Origin: Paraspadella gotoi
Taxonomy: Eukaryota; Animalia; Chaetognatha
DNA: 64,000 bases
Direction of reading: 5' to 3'
Assembly (NCBI GenBank): GCA_051294375.1
Contig: CM119264.1
Location: 23,754,858 to 23,818,857 of the forward strand
In this document: in pieces, positions 1 through 13,689 of the stretch
How positions within the stretch are numbered: the stretch's first letter is position 1
How the letters are laid out: each line of letters opens with the position of its first letter
Program-made: the position numbers and the translations under genes
Notes under the pieces: model-generated
What the model was told of the DNA's origin: nothing
Seen by the model: the letters and a program-made list of their open reading frames with translations, nothing else
Database searches by the model: none

Positions 1-417
1 GTCGGATCTGCCTAACGATAATTAATTAATTATTATTTATCGAATTAATTAATTAAATTAATTAAATAATTATTTTAATATGTAATAAATTAAATTTTAA
101 ATTATATTCAACCTTATCCTCATCGATGTCCTTTCAAAATTGGGTTAGGAACAGTTATTAAATATGTTTTGTTTACATTTTATCAAACAAACAAATATCC
201 TCTATTTTATTTTATGTCTCCTTCTCTCTCTCTCTCTCACTCACTCTCTCTCTCTCTCTCTCCTCTTTCCTCTCTTTTTCTGCAATTTGCGACGATCTTT
301 ATGCTTTTCAGTATTTTTTTTAAACTTGCATACATTTTTCACAATAATTAAATTAATTATTCATTAATTAATTAAAAACATTTATTTAGTAAATGCATTA
401 ATATTTAAAGATTCAAG

Positions 418-822
418 GTAAATGTGACTTATGTTTTTTCCATCTAACTCATTTCCCCGGCACAAATTCCCGTACAATACTTATATATATATTATTATCT
501 AATAAATATTTAAAAGCTTTCAGTTGCAACAACCCAATTGAACTAATTCAAAAAGATTATTGAAAATCGTATTTAAGTAGTAAAAGGAAAAAAAAATTAA
601 GAGAGACGTTTAAGTTATAAAAAGTGTTCAATTTGGCCCGCCTTACTAGATATTAGGCCTTACTAGATATATTGCATGTGATTAAAACAATGTTTTCGGC
701 AATAAATAAATTTATCATTTTATGTTATTTTTGTAAGTATTTTAAGTATTTTTATTCATGATTAAAAATAACAACTTTTTTATTCGCCTAATTTTTATCT
801 CGACTCTCTTCTCTTTCTAAAA

Positions 823-866
<44 letters not shown>

Positions 867-2845
867 TCTCTCGTCTCGTCTCTCTCCTCTCTCTTTTGCA
901 ATTGCGATGAATCCTTATGCTCATTTTACTGGCTCTCTCTCTCTCTCTCTCTCTCTCATGCGCGAATCTCTCTCATCTCTCTCTCTCTCTCTTCTCTCTT
1001 CTGCAATTGGACTGGATCTTATATGCTTTTAGGATTTTTCTTAACTTGTATCATTTTTCTGCTTCAAGTAAAATTTGTGACTTAGGTTTTTTCCATTTAA
1101 AACTCATTTCCACTGGCCACAATTCCGTCAAAACCATTTCCTACCCGCTCACAAATTTCATCTCAATCTATTATGGGTTTAAAATAAGTAAAAAGATTCA
1201 AGTAAATGTGACTCATATTATTTTTTTCATTTAAAACTCATTTCCACTCGTTACGTTCCACCGAAACTTTATATCCAAGCATCATACACATACTTTTCAC
1301 CACACAAAAAATTTGAAATCTCAATCTATCCATCCAATTATGATTACATTGAAGTTACTTATTGGTTAAAATAAGTAAAACAAGAATTTTAGTCAATGCG
1401 ACTTATGTTTTTTCGATTAAACTCATTTTCCTACCCCGATCCTCGTCGAAACTTATATCCAGCTTTATCACAACACGTTCCTTACCCACTCCACACAAAA
1501 TTTCATTTTCAATCCAACCAGCCAATCACGAAGAGTTATTGGAGACTTTTTGCTTAAGGTGGGATCGGATGACCGGAATTGATTAGATGAATTAATTAAA
1601 TTATTGATTATAAATTGACTTATTGTTAATTAACTGATTAAATAAATATTGATTATTATACTTCCTTTTGCACTATACAGTTTAATGATAAAAGAGAAGA
1701 AGCCATAATCCAATTAGTGTTTGAAACAGGGTTTTTGTTTTTTTCCGATTTAAACTCATTTCCACCTCAAAGATTCCATCGAAGACTTGGTTTCCTGTTC
1801 AATCACACACGTTTTCTACTCAGCATACAAAATTCCAGGTTCAATCGATAATTAAGTGGTAAACAAGCTATTCTTGGTTTCACTTAGCATAATTTAATCA
1901 AACTTGGCATAATTTGGTCAACTGAACATATTTGGTTAAACTGACATAATTTGGTTCTACTGACATTTATTGATTTGGTCAAGCTGACATAATTTGGTCA
2001 ACTGACATTAATTTTGATCAATAAATGCTAATTTGGTCAACCGGCATAATTTGGTTAACTGATAATTTTAATCAACTCGCCTAATTTGGTCAACAGGCCA
2101 TATTTGGGTCAACTTGCAAAACTGATTAATTTGCCCAGAATTTGGTCAACTGGCATAATTTGGTCAATTAGCATAATTTTGGTCAATCAAATCAATCCAA
2201 TCAATCAATCAATCAATCAATATCAATCCAATCAATCAATCAATCAACATCATCAGATGCAGGAGAGGAGGAGAAACTTTTAAAAATTCACAAATTAAAT
2301 GTGGTCTTGGTTTTTCTAATTTGTGAACTCTTCCACATCCTACGATTCCATCAAAACATTTTTATCCAGCCTTTATTCACATACTTTGCCTACCCCACAC
2401 AAAATTCAATTTCGATTTATCTATCCCAAATTTTTAATAACAAAAATAATTATGAGTAAATTAACGTAAAAATACTTCAGTAAGTATATGACTTCTTGTT
2501 TTCCATTTTTTAACTCATTTTCCACCTCGCACGATTCTTCGAAATATTATATCCGGCTCCAATCACACCTTTTCCTACATATACAAAATTTAAAAGTCAA
2601 TTGCCTATCCCTCATGAGCAAATGGCGTTCAACATAGGAATATATTTTTTGTTTTTTCCATTTAACCAATTTCCCTCGCCGATTCCCTCGAAAACTTCAT
2701 ATCCCACTCACAACCAGTTTCCTACCCACACACAAATTTCATCATCCTCCTCCATCACGGGTAATGTGGAGTTTTTTTGCTAAGGTGGGACGGCACGGAC
2801 GGACGACGGACGGACGGACAGACAGACCGGACGGACGGACATTCA
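418..2845. repeat. Dispersed/tandem ~120-130 bp repeat family (about 8 degenerate copies), two ending in 'ttttgctaaggtggga' and a (GGAC/AGAC)n tract; possibly a non-autonomous Helitron/HINE-like element
   Basis: The motif gtaaatgtgactt..ttttccatttaaaactcatttcc..gattccatcgaaacttatatcc..cctacccacacaaaatttca recurs at ~418, 1068, 1200, 1390, 1730, 2295, 2480, 2640. A GTCY-type microsatellite lies at 2790-2840. Confidence 0.6.
1885..2190. repeat. Degenerate ~18-bp minisatellite (aactgacataatttggtc), followed by (AATC)n to ~2247
   Basis: Repeated ggcataatttggtcaact-like units are directly visible. Confidence 0.85.
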
Positions 2846-3289
2846 TTTTTTTGCAATATTATTATCATATCGATTGTTCTGACATGACATATAAAAGTGT
2901 GTGCCCGCAATATTGAGGGGCGGACGACGACCGAAAAAGTGAGAAGTTTTAGAGTCGGGATCTTGCTGAATAAGCGACCGACTAATATTTTTTCTTACTA
3001 TTTTTCTTATTATTTGTATATTTTATACCTCTTCTCGCTTGATTGTAGCTAATTTTATTTTGTTACATTATTTATTTTATTTTAGCGTTGTACTTTTCTC
3101 ATTTGCTTTATATTTGAGCGACTACGATTTTTCTCTCGCCGTAGCTCGTTTGTCGATTTTGTTTTTTGGTTCTTTTTCGTATTACGCTTGTTGTTGTTAT
3201 CCATCAAACTCTCCTACATCCTCATTTTCCGTTCAACCTCTTTTCTTCAAAAATTTTTCCGCCTCGCTTGCTTTTTTCAACCAAGACGG

Positions 3290-3592
3290 CCCGTTCCCAC
3301 GGCCAGCCCCGCTCCTTCCTCCAAGGCACAGCCGCCCTCTCCCAGGGACATCCCACCCTCTCTCCCAGGCCAGCCCGCCCTCCCCACGGCCAGCCCGCCC
3401 TCTCCCCGGGACAGCCCGCCCTCTCTCCACGGCCAGCCCGCACTCCCCAGGGACAGCCCGCTCTCCCCACGGCCAGCGCCCTCTCCCAGGGACGCCCGCC
3501 TTCTCCACGGCCAGCCCGCCCTCTCCAGGACAGCCCGCCCTCTCTCCACGGCCAGCCTCGCCCTCTCCCCACGGCCAGCCGCCCTTTCGGCC
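3290..3592. repeat. GC-rich ~21-bp minisatellite (ccacggccagcccgccctctc)
   Basis: About 14 tandem units; they account for the Pro/Ser/Arg-rich ORFs in all frames here. Confidence 0.9.
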
Positions 3593-4310
3593 GTCCCACT
3601 CGGAAATCCCTTCCTCACCTAACCCCCGCCTTACCCTATCGACAAACCCTTACCCTTTCCTTAAATCCCTTCAGCTGCCCGAAGCACTCTCGCACCCTCG
3701 CTCTAATCACGAACACACCCACGGCGAGAGTCATCGCCAACCGAAAACACAAAAGGCCTATCGATTCACCCCGGGTGGTCGCTACACTGAACCCCCCTGG
3801 ATTCGGTCCCTTAGCTTCACACAGCTCCACTGAACCGCTAAGCTTCCTTACTCAACGGCCAAAAAATTTGCTGTGAATCATGCGCCATGCAGTGTGCAGT
3901 GTGCACCGCCTGATCTCTTCCCATCTCAAATCTTACCACCATCTTCTATCACCTCTCTTACCATCTCACCTCTTCTACACCCTCTCCTTCCAACATCTCT
4001 CACCACTCTTGGCAGCCACACTTCCGCATCCCCAATCCCGCTGAGCCTCCCTGAACCGCACACCTCGCTCACATCCTGCCACGCCTACTCATGTACGGAA
4101 ATGATTTGCGTGGAAGCCGCAGCTTCGTCGTTTCGTCCCTCGTCGTCGTCGTCATGGTCGTCGTCGCCGTCATTGGTCGTCGTCGTCGTATTTCGAATTT
4201 CTTTCTCACTGTGACCTCAAATCTCTCAGTTCTCCATTTTACCGAGGCAATGCCGTTGGGACTGGAGGATGCCTGGGTTTCTTCTCTTCTCTCTCTCTCC
4301 TCTCTCTCTC

Positions 4311-4393
<83 letters not shown>

Positions 4394-4414
4394 CTCCTCT
4401 TTCTGAGGCATATA

Positions 4415-4460
<46 letters not shown>

Positions 4461-4461
4461 G

Positions 4462-4499
<38 letters not shown>

Positions 4500-5493
4500 C
4501 CCTCCTCCATCCTTTGCAATGGCCTGTCNNNNNNNNNNNNNNNNNNNNNNNNNTGTCAAAACTTTCCCATGTTTAATTTTCCCCTCCAGAACTTGTAAAA
4601 TTGAGGTCAAAAACCTTAATTTTGTAGGAACTTTTATTCAAAGGAAAAAGGAAAAAAATAATTAATCAAAATTTATTTATTTATGAAATAGACACTGACT
4701 GCTAATATTTTATTACATAAATATTTCACTATTTTTTGGGAGTGAACTTTTCCATTTTTGGGTGAGAGTGAAATAAAGGTCAAGACGCGATATCTCCGGG
4801 TATCACAGCCTCACGGTTTTGAGTCTTCACTGAATCGCTGCTCTTTCATGGTCTCGCTGGTGAAGCAATCTCGTTGTCTCACTGCTTCACGGTTACACGG
4901 CCTCACTAATCCGAGATCTTAAACTTTCACAGTCGTGACGAAAAAAACTAAAAAGAGGAGAGTCAAGAGGAAGAAGAGAAAGGACAAAGGGGAAAAGCTT
5001 AGAGAAAGAGTGTGAGAGGGAGAAAGGAAGAAAAAGAGTGAAAGAGAGAGAAAGGATGAGAGAGGGAGAGAGGGAGAGGAAGAAAGGGGAAAAGAGGGAG
5101 AGAGAGAAAGCAAAAGAAAGAGTTAGGGTAAAAAAGTTTAATTTTAATAAAAAATTTTAAAAAGACAAGGAGAGCAATGAGGACGAAAAAGAAAAAAAAA
5201 CAGAAGAGAAGAAAGGGAAAGAAGAAAAAAGAAAAAAAAACAAACAAAAACAATGAGAAAAAAGAAAGAGAAGAAAGAAAAAAAAGAGGGAGAAAAACGA
5301 AGAAAAAGGAAAAGAAAGGAAGAAAAAAAAGAAAAAAGAAAGAAAAACGAGGAAGAGAAAACTCGTGTCTCTTCTCGACGGCGAAAAAAAGGAAATTACG
5401 AAAAAAAGGAAAAGTTTGGGGAAGAAAGGAAGAGTAGGGAAAGGGGGGAGAAGGGGGGGTAAAAGAAATTATGGGAAAAGAGAGAAATAAAAT

Positions 5494-5563
5494 AAAGTCA
5501 GGGGCAAGATAGCTTATTTATTAAATGAATGGATAATTTTTATATTGGTTGTACCAATTTCAT
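5494..5563 (+). mobile_element. Short 3' fragment of interspersed retroelement-like family X (ends ...ttggttgtaccaatttcat)
   Basis: Essentially identical to the terminal 70 nt of the copies at 26357-26498 and, reverse-complemented, 35303 and 35628. Confidence 0.75.
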
Positions 5564-5880
5564 AAAAAGGAAAGGGAGGAAGGATAAGTTGAAACTGAGG
5601 GAGCGGGGGTAGAGAGAAAAAAAAAGGAGGAAAGAAAGAAAAGCTGAACGTCTGAAATTCCCTCATTTCTCGAAAAACTATTGTGACGTGTTGTCGATTA
5701 AATGCGGAAAGAAAATGGGACGGGGGGTGGAGTTAGAATTGGACGGAGGGGTGAGGAATGGGAGGTGGGGTAAGTTAGGTCGGGTGGGGGAACAGGGGAG
5801 TGGAAAGAAGAAAAAAAAGGTAGAAAGGAACTGCTGATTAAATGGGAATTAAATGAGGAGGGAGAATACTAGCGAGCTGA

Positions 5881-5939
<59 letters not shown>

Positions 5940-6087
5940 CAAACAAAATGAGCAGGAGTCGAACATGAGGAGAGAATTAGGTCAAAGTCACTCACCCTTA
6001 ATTTCTAATCTTCGATTTTCTGCGAAAAAAAAAAACAAAAGAACTAATCTCGCTGCTGTAGAAAGTAAAATGAAAAGAGAAAAAATG

Positions 6088-6104
6088 AAAGAAAGAAAGA
6101 AATA

Positions 6105-6192
<88 letters not shown>

Positions 6193-6203
6193 AATAAAAA
6201 AGA
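6088..6203. repeat. (GAAA)n microsatellite
   Basis: Directly visible; similar tracts at 32148-32290 and 32850-32970. Confidence 0.95.
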
Positions 6204-6792
6204 AAGACGACCTTTGACATTGCTTGATTTCGAGTTCATACTTCACATTTTTTTCAGTTCATTCTCCCCTTCAAAAAAGAGATAAATTGCGCTTTTAATG
6301 ATTTAAGTCCGTTTCTCATTCGTCATTGGCTTATTCATGACTTTTTCATCGAGTCTCATTCATGTTTCTCAGATTTAATCATCTCATCCTTTCGTTCACA
6401 GCCCTGCCACTATCAATGACCTCAGATATAACGTGACAATTTTGTTTTTCGTGTCTGTTGGCCAGTCGGTCAGAGGAGATTTACTGGATTAATGTTTTCT
6501 TTAAACGTTATTGTATTTAATAGTTAATACATAGTTGAGGTAGCTTTCAAAATCCAAGATTTTGTCCTTTTAAAATTTAACTATTAACTTGTAAAAATCA
6601 TATTCGCCATATAATTCGATTTATATTTCTGTTTTATAAATACATTTCTCAAAATTTCATCTTTCTAAACATATAGTCATGAGACAATGCATTACTACGA
6701 GCTCTTCGACGCATCGTTGGACTTCAGCTCAGAGATAATGGGAATTATGAAGAAGATTTTAGTTTAAATTCAGAAAATATTCATCGCTCTCA

Positions 6793-6825
<33 letters not shown>

Positions 6826-7677
6826 AACTTCAAGGCTCTGATCTCGTCGTCTCGGTCTTCTTTTCATCTACGTCTCAATGTTGACTCCGACCCATTTTTC
6901 ACGTTACTCGCTGAAAGAAAAGAAAAGAAAAGACTTATATTAAAGGCCCAAACAAATAAGTTCCCGCCGACTTCTGAACTGAGATCCACTTGGCTCGACG
7001 TCGTCACGTCACAAACTTTGTTTTATTTTTTGTTTTCGTTTTTTTTGTTTTTTTATTTTGTTTTCCTCCGATGCCGAAAATAATGACAACGAGGAAGACA
7101 ACAAAGATATTTCACCCTTCCCTGCATAAAATACTACAACTCAAAACCCGTCAAAATAAAAAAAAATATTTAAAATATGTACTATTTAACTAATACAAAG
7201 TATAGTTGCAAATCTTTCAACGAGTCAAACAATCGTCCTAATCGTCCGGGACTAAAACGAGGCCTTCACAGAAACAGCGACCAAAACAATGTCCAAACAA
7301 CGTCGACAAAACCATAATTCCCACACCAACGACAACAACGACGACGACGACGACGACGACGAAGAGAACCGATTCGAAGAAACAACCGAAACAAGAAGAG
7401 GAAACGAGAACCGAAACGAGCGACGCCGTCGATTCCAGGAGGGAGTGGCAGAGATGGCAGAAGTGGCAGAGATGGTAGAAGTGGCAGAGATGGCAAGATT
7501 GCCACTTGGATGAAATTAGGTTAGATGAGGGAAACGAGTTGTGGGGAAAAATGACAAATTGGCGCATTTGTGTAATTTTTTAAATAGTTTTAATTGGTTA
7601 ACATCTGCGTTAGTCGTTTTTTTCTCTTTTTTTATACGAATTAAACGTTTTCCTAAACCCAACTTGGTATTTTTTTA

Positions 7678-8580
<903 letters not shown>

Positions 8581-8773
8581 GAAAGGCGATAAAAACAAAA
8601 ACGATGAACAATATTATCGTCTGGGTGTGGAGCTTGACGAGCTCGATATGAGCTCACTTGGAACATCACAGGAAATTTGGTGTGAAAATAAAAGTAAAAG
8701 TTTGGCGCTGGTGTGAATCAATCATGCACACTTCTTACTCTTTTCCCCGACCGCCTTTCTTTGCTCTCTTTCT

Positions 8774-8822
<49 letters not shown>

Positions 8823-8853
8823 GCCCGTCTGGTTTCGACACTCTTCTTTGTTT

Positions 8854-10339
8854 CCAAAATTCCCCCTTTTTTTTCTTTTCGACGAAATCTTTAAAAAAAC
8901 TTTTTTTCCCTTTTGATCTGCAACTGAGACTTTTTCCTCAAATTGATGATTTATCTTTAGTCGCGAACTTCATTCGCAGTTAATGTTTCATCTGCGGCAG
9001 AAGCTTTTTCCTCGTCGTCGTTGTCGTCGTTGTCGTCGTTGTCCGCGTGAGGGGTGACGATAAGGGGGAGGTAAGGGGGGAGGTAAGGGGGGAGGTAATA
9101 CTAAAGACGACAAAGTTGTAATTGTCAATGTCTCTGGTCTCTGGTCATGATCACTGATCACCGGAAATTTAGACTAAGAGATTTTCCTGAAAGGAAATTG
9201 TAAAAAAAAGCTTGGTCGAAAGTAATATCCATTTTCACACTCTGACTGTATATCTTTGTATCTATCAAATGTTTTATTTAATTTTGTAAACTAATTAAAA
9301 TCATAACTCTCCGACAGGAATGCTTTATTAATTCAAAGAATAAAAGTGAGCATGAATAAATAAACTGGAAAAGTGGCCACTTTTGACTTAACTTGGGCTT
9401 CGAAAGAACAAAAATGGCCTCTTTAAAAGAAGCGAGGAAAATCCACCCCGAGTCGGTCGCTGGGAATTGAAGAACCCATCACCGAATTTAATGGAGACGC
9501 CGATCAAGAATTCTCCACTTCATCCTTCCCTTTTCCTTTTCCCTTTTTCATCCTTTTTTTTTCCTTTTTCTTTTCTTTTTTTTTTCGCCCTGCATCCTTC
9601 CCGAGTTTTCTCGTCGCTCTTAAAGTTTTCACAGACGTGATACAAACGTAACTTTTTCTCGCCTTCGCTGTCAATACTGATTTAGTTTTTATTTCCCTTG
9701 AACCAATCTATTTTTCCTTTTACCTTCCTTTTTTTTCTCCTTTTTCCTAAACCCCTTACACGGCTCTTTCTTCACCTTCTCCTCCTCTTCCTTCTCCTCT
9801 TCCTCCTCCTCCTCCTCCTCCCCCGCTCAGGGGGGATTCGGCTTCGAGTCTTCGAGAAACGAAGGCCACCGAGATTAGGATCGAGAAGCGTTTATGGGGA
9901 AGGGGGAAGGGGGAAGGGAAAAGGAAAGGGAAAAGGGAAATGAGAGGTGAAAGGAGAAAGGGAAAGGGAAAGGAGACAGGGGAGGGATTAGGGAAAAAGG
10001 CAAAGGGATAAAAATGTTGGGAAAAAAGAAGGGTTAGAAAGAAAAAGGGAAAATCTTAAAAGCAATAGGGATCGAGCCAGCTTTCGATTGGTAACCAATA
10101 ATATGATGCGATGATAAACCAAATATTGATGCGATGATAACCAATAATTTGATGCGATGATAATAAAATAACTGATGTGATGATAAATCAAATGATTGAT
10201 CGGAATGATAGTCATTCCATTGGATGTGATGATAATCATTCATTGATATTATGATAATCATTCATTGATGGTCGATGAGTGCATCATTGACGCGATGAAT
10301 CATTCATCGTAAATAAAACAAACCAAATGCGTGTATGAT

Positions 10340-10376
<37 letters not shown>

Positions 10377-10545
10377 AGCGAGGAGAAAGAGAGAGAGGGC
10401 TGGTCAGTTTTCACCTCTCGTTTATATAAAGAATAATCAGAATTTTTAGAAAAAAAATCCACGAAAATCTCGGATGTAAATTTAGGGATTTTGTATTGAG
10501 AAAAAAGCGCGGAATAAATGGCGGAATAAAATAGAAAAGAAAAAA

Positions 10546-10575
<30 letters not shown>
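8854..10575. repeat. Block A, duplicated at ~17179-18720 (left flank of the LINE)
   Basis: Collinear near-identity that differs mostly by small indels; the second copy lacks ~9940-10290. Confidence 0.9.
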
Positions 10576-10577
<2 letters not shown>

Positions 10578-10805
10578 TAGATAGATAGATATGGTTATAA
10601 CATGGACCAGGTACCCTCTGCAAGAAGGACCTATACGGTAACGATGGGTCCGTTCATTCATTGATTCGTTTCTAATACAGAAAGCAACTTTTTTTTTTTT
10701 TTTAACTACACAGAAAAAAAAATGTGTATCTACTAAAATATTAGTATTCAGAAAAAGGAAATTAAAAAATAGAAACCACACAAATACTTGATTCTCAGTA
10801 ATTGC

Positions 10806-13633
10806 CTAATGGCGTGCGACGCACAATTGCTTCATCTTAAAATAACACATAAGGCATTCCCTAATATCAATATTGTCTTCTCGTAAAATTGAGTCTAGAA
10901 TAGATTGATGTTGATGTGGGTCCCTTTCCCTTATTTTTGCAATATATTCTCCGAAAACTTCTGTGTGCTTCACAATGTTAAAAATCCTCTTCTTTGCGCG
11001 TTCTTCAAGGTCGCTTGATAACATATCCCGTCCGATCGCATCAAGTACTGCTTGATTTTCAGTTTGTTGGGGAACTTTAATGAACTTTTTGATGGCTTTC
11101 TATGAACATTCGGTCAATTTTTTCCCAGTGGACCCCGCTCATGGCAAGGTATGCAGGTGCTGAATAAGCAAGGTTAGAGACTATTAAGCTGTCAAAAGGC
11201 GCATTACTTCAATATTGTTATTGCCATTACAAAATTTTGCAAGTTTATTTATGGATATATTTTATGTTGACTTTTATTTAATAATTTATTTATATGACTT
11301 GACCAGAGAAGACTATCATCTATGGTGCAGCCCAAAAATTTGAGTTCATGTACTTGTGGGATTTTATGCCCCATCAAAGTGAGATTTACTGCATTTTTCT
11401 TTTCTGCAGGGCATCTGGTAATTACCATCATGAATGATTTTGATGGACAAAGACCCATACGCCACATCCCGCACCATTTACCCATAGCATCCATTATTGT
11501 TTGTGTCCTTTCTACCGCAATTGACAATGGTCTGCTGGTTGTCCAAGTGGCAACGTCATCGGCATATTGTGATGCATGCATTTCCGCTGCCTTCTTTAAA
11601 TGGTAGATCAGCAACAAATATGGCAAAACAATCTGGGCTTAATATTGCCCCCTGAGGTGAACCTCTGCACAATTTCACAATTCTAGATTTTTTGTCACCT
11701 TCTTTGATAAAGAGAAATCTGTCTGTCAAGAAGGAGAAACAATTCTTATCAGTTTTACCGGCAAATTCTTTAGGATCATTTTCCACAGAAGGCCCTCGTG
11801 CCAAACAGCATTAAATGCTCCTTCGTAATCCAGGGTTACCAAAATTGTTGCCTGCTGCCTTTTGAAGCCCGTGTAACAGTCCTCGACAAGCCTTATCAAG
11901 TTTTCTTCTGTTCCTCTTCCTTTCTGATACCAGACAAAGGGTTGAATCATTCTCTCAAATAGTTTTCCTACACATGATAGTAGCGACACTGGCCGATAGC
12001 TTTTTGGCATGCTGGGATCTTTATCTGGTTTTAGAAGCATTTTTAGTTTTGCAACCTTCCATGCTTTTGGAAAATAACCAATATTTAGGCAATTCTTATA
12101 TATTTTAGAAAGTTTTGTCACCCATTTTTCCGGAAGATGTTTCAACATTTCATTTGTAATGCCATCGTCTCCTGGAGCAGATCGGTTTTTTAGTTTTCTG
12201 ATAAAATTATTGACAGAGTCTGTTTCGCAGATACTTAGGAGAAGCTGAAAACGCTCATCCCCTTGTTCTTCAGATTGGATAACTTTTGGGTTGAGGACAT
12301 CCTTGTGTTTCGTTAGATCTTTTTCAATCTTTTTGATCCATTCTTTGTCTTCCGTGAATTTATTGCTTGTTACAGAATGTTCTGCCTCCATCCTATCAGC
12401 CTGAATTTCCAAATTGTCTTCTACGGATTGAGCACAGCTCCCGTCAGGCCTTGTCAATGGGCTAAAAGGTGCATTTGTTTCGGCTTTATAGTCAGTGAGT
12501 TCCTTTATCAGTTTCCATTTTTTGGTGCCGTTCGTAGTGTTACATAGCGAGTTTACTTTCAGCACTGTTTCTTTTTCTCTGTCTTCTTTTATCTTTTTTC
12601 GAACTTCTTTGCTTAAATAATTGTATTCCTTGTGTAATTCATTGTCAGAAATGCCATTTTGCTTAAGATTTTTTAATCTATTGAGTGTTTGCCTTCTCCT
12701 TTTAATCAATGATGTTGTATCTCGTGAAAGTGGTGTCCCCCAATTTGTTTTTGATCTCACAATTTTAGTTGCTTCATCAGCTGACTTTTGAATTGCAAGT
12801 GTGAATTTTTCAACCATAGTGTCGACATGATTCTCAGTGATTATCCCGTTTATGTTTTCGTTATTATCTTGTTCTTGTTCTTGTTGGAGATGGTTATAAA
12901 ATATTTCCCAGTTTATTCGTTTGGTAACTTTTTTGTCATGAGGTGTATAGATTCCTAGGTCCAAGAGGCCTGGTAAGTGATCACTTCCGACGTCTTCAAG
13001 GATAGTATGGTTCTTTATGAGGTTAACCTGGTTCGACTTTACTAACATAAAATCTAGAAGATTAAACTCCCCTCTAGATTTATTAAAGTAAGTACTGCTT
13101 AGGCTGTGAACAGGAAATAAATCGTACTTATCACATAATGCTTTTAGATGTTCACCTTCGTTTGAGTCTATTCTGCTTCCCCATTGCACCACAGGAGCAT
13201 TAAAATCTCCACACAAGATGCTTAAGATTTCACCATCATTGTGGCAAAAGCGTTCAATAAAACTTTCAGGCATTTTGTTCTTTGGATGAATGTAGATTGT
13301 TCCAATTTTAATTTTTTCTTTTTGATTTAGTTGCACTGTTACTATTAGTCCTTCCGGCCATTTATTTTTGCATAGTTTTTTTACCAGTAATCCTTCCGGA
13401 AATCCGATGGCAATACCCCCAGCGACTGCTGACCCATTCCTTATTTTTCCTGGATTCATTAAGAACTTTAGACCTTCTATCTTAAGCTCACTCTCTTTTC
13501 TAAGTCGAATGTCATTAAAGACTGTAAATAGCAATTTATCTTTTTTAATTAGTTGTATCAATTTACTTAATTCAGGTAGCCTTAGAGGCCCGCCATTAGT
13601 GTTCAGTTCTAAAATTGCTACCTTACTGTCCAT
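10806..13633 (-). pseudogene. LINE ORF2 (apurinic-like endonuclease + reverse transcriptase), broken by frameshifts and an internal deletion
   Basis: EN motifs LNTNG, GGIAI, IGTIY.HP, GDFNA, LLDF, SDHLP. RT motifs SAPGDDG, WKVA, YRPVSLLSCVGKLFERMI, LDYEGAF, GSPQGAILSP, QYADD, KFLG are spread over ORFs 11726-13639, 11556-11804, 11249-11626 and 10806-11024. Confidence 0.92.
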
Positions 13634-13689
13634 TTCCACAGTTCAAAGCTTTTAATTTAACCTGTTTATTTGTCAGTGTGCTTATATCT

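Noticed and set aside
3039-3876. Long Pro/Ser/Arg-rich ORFs (264 and 236 aa)
   Set aside because: Open in most frames on both strands because of the stop-free GC-rich 21-bp repeat; no domain or splice support.
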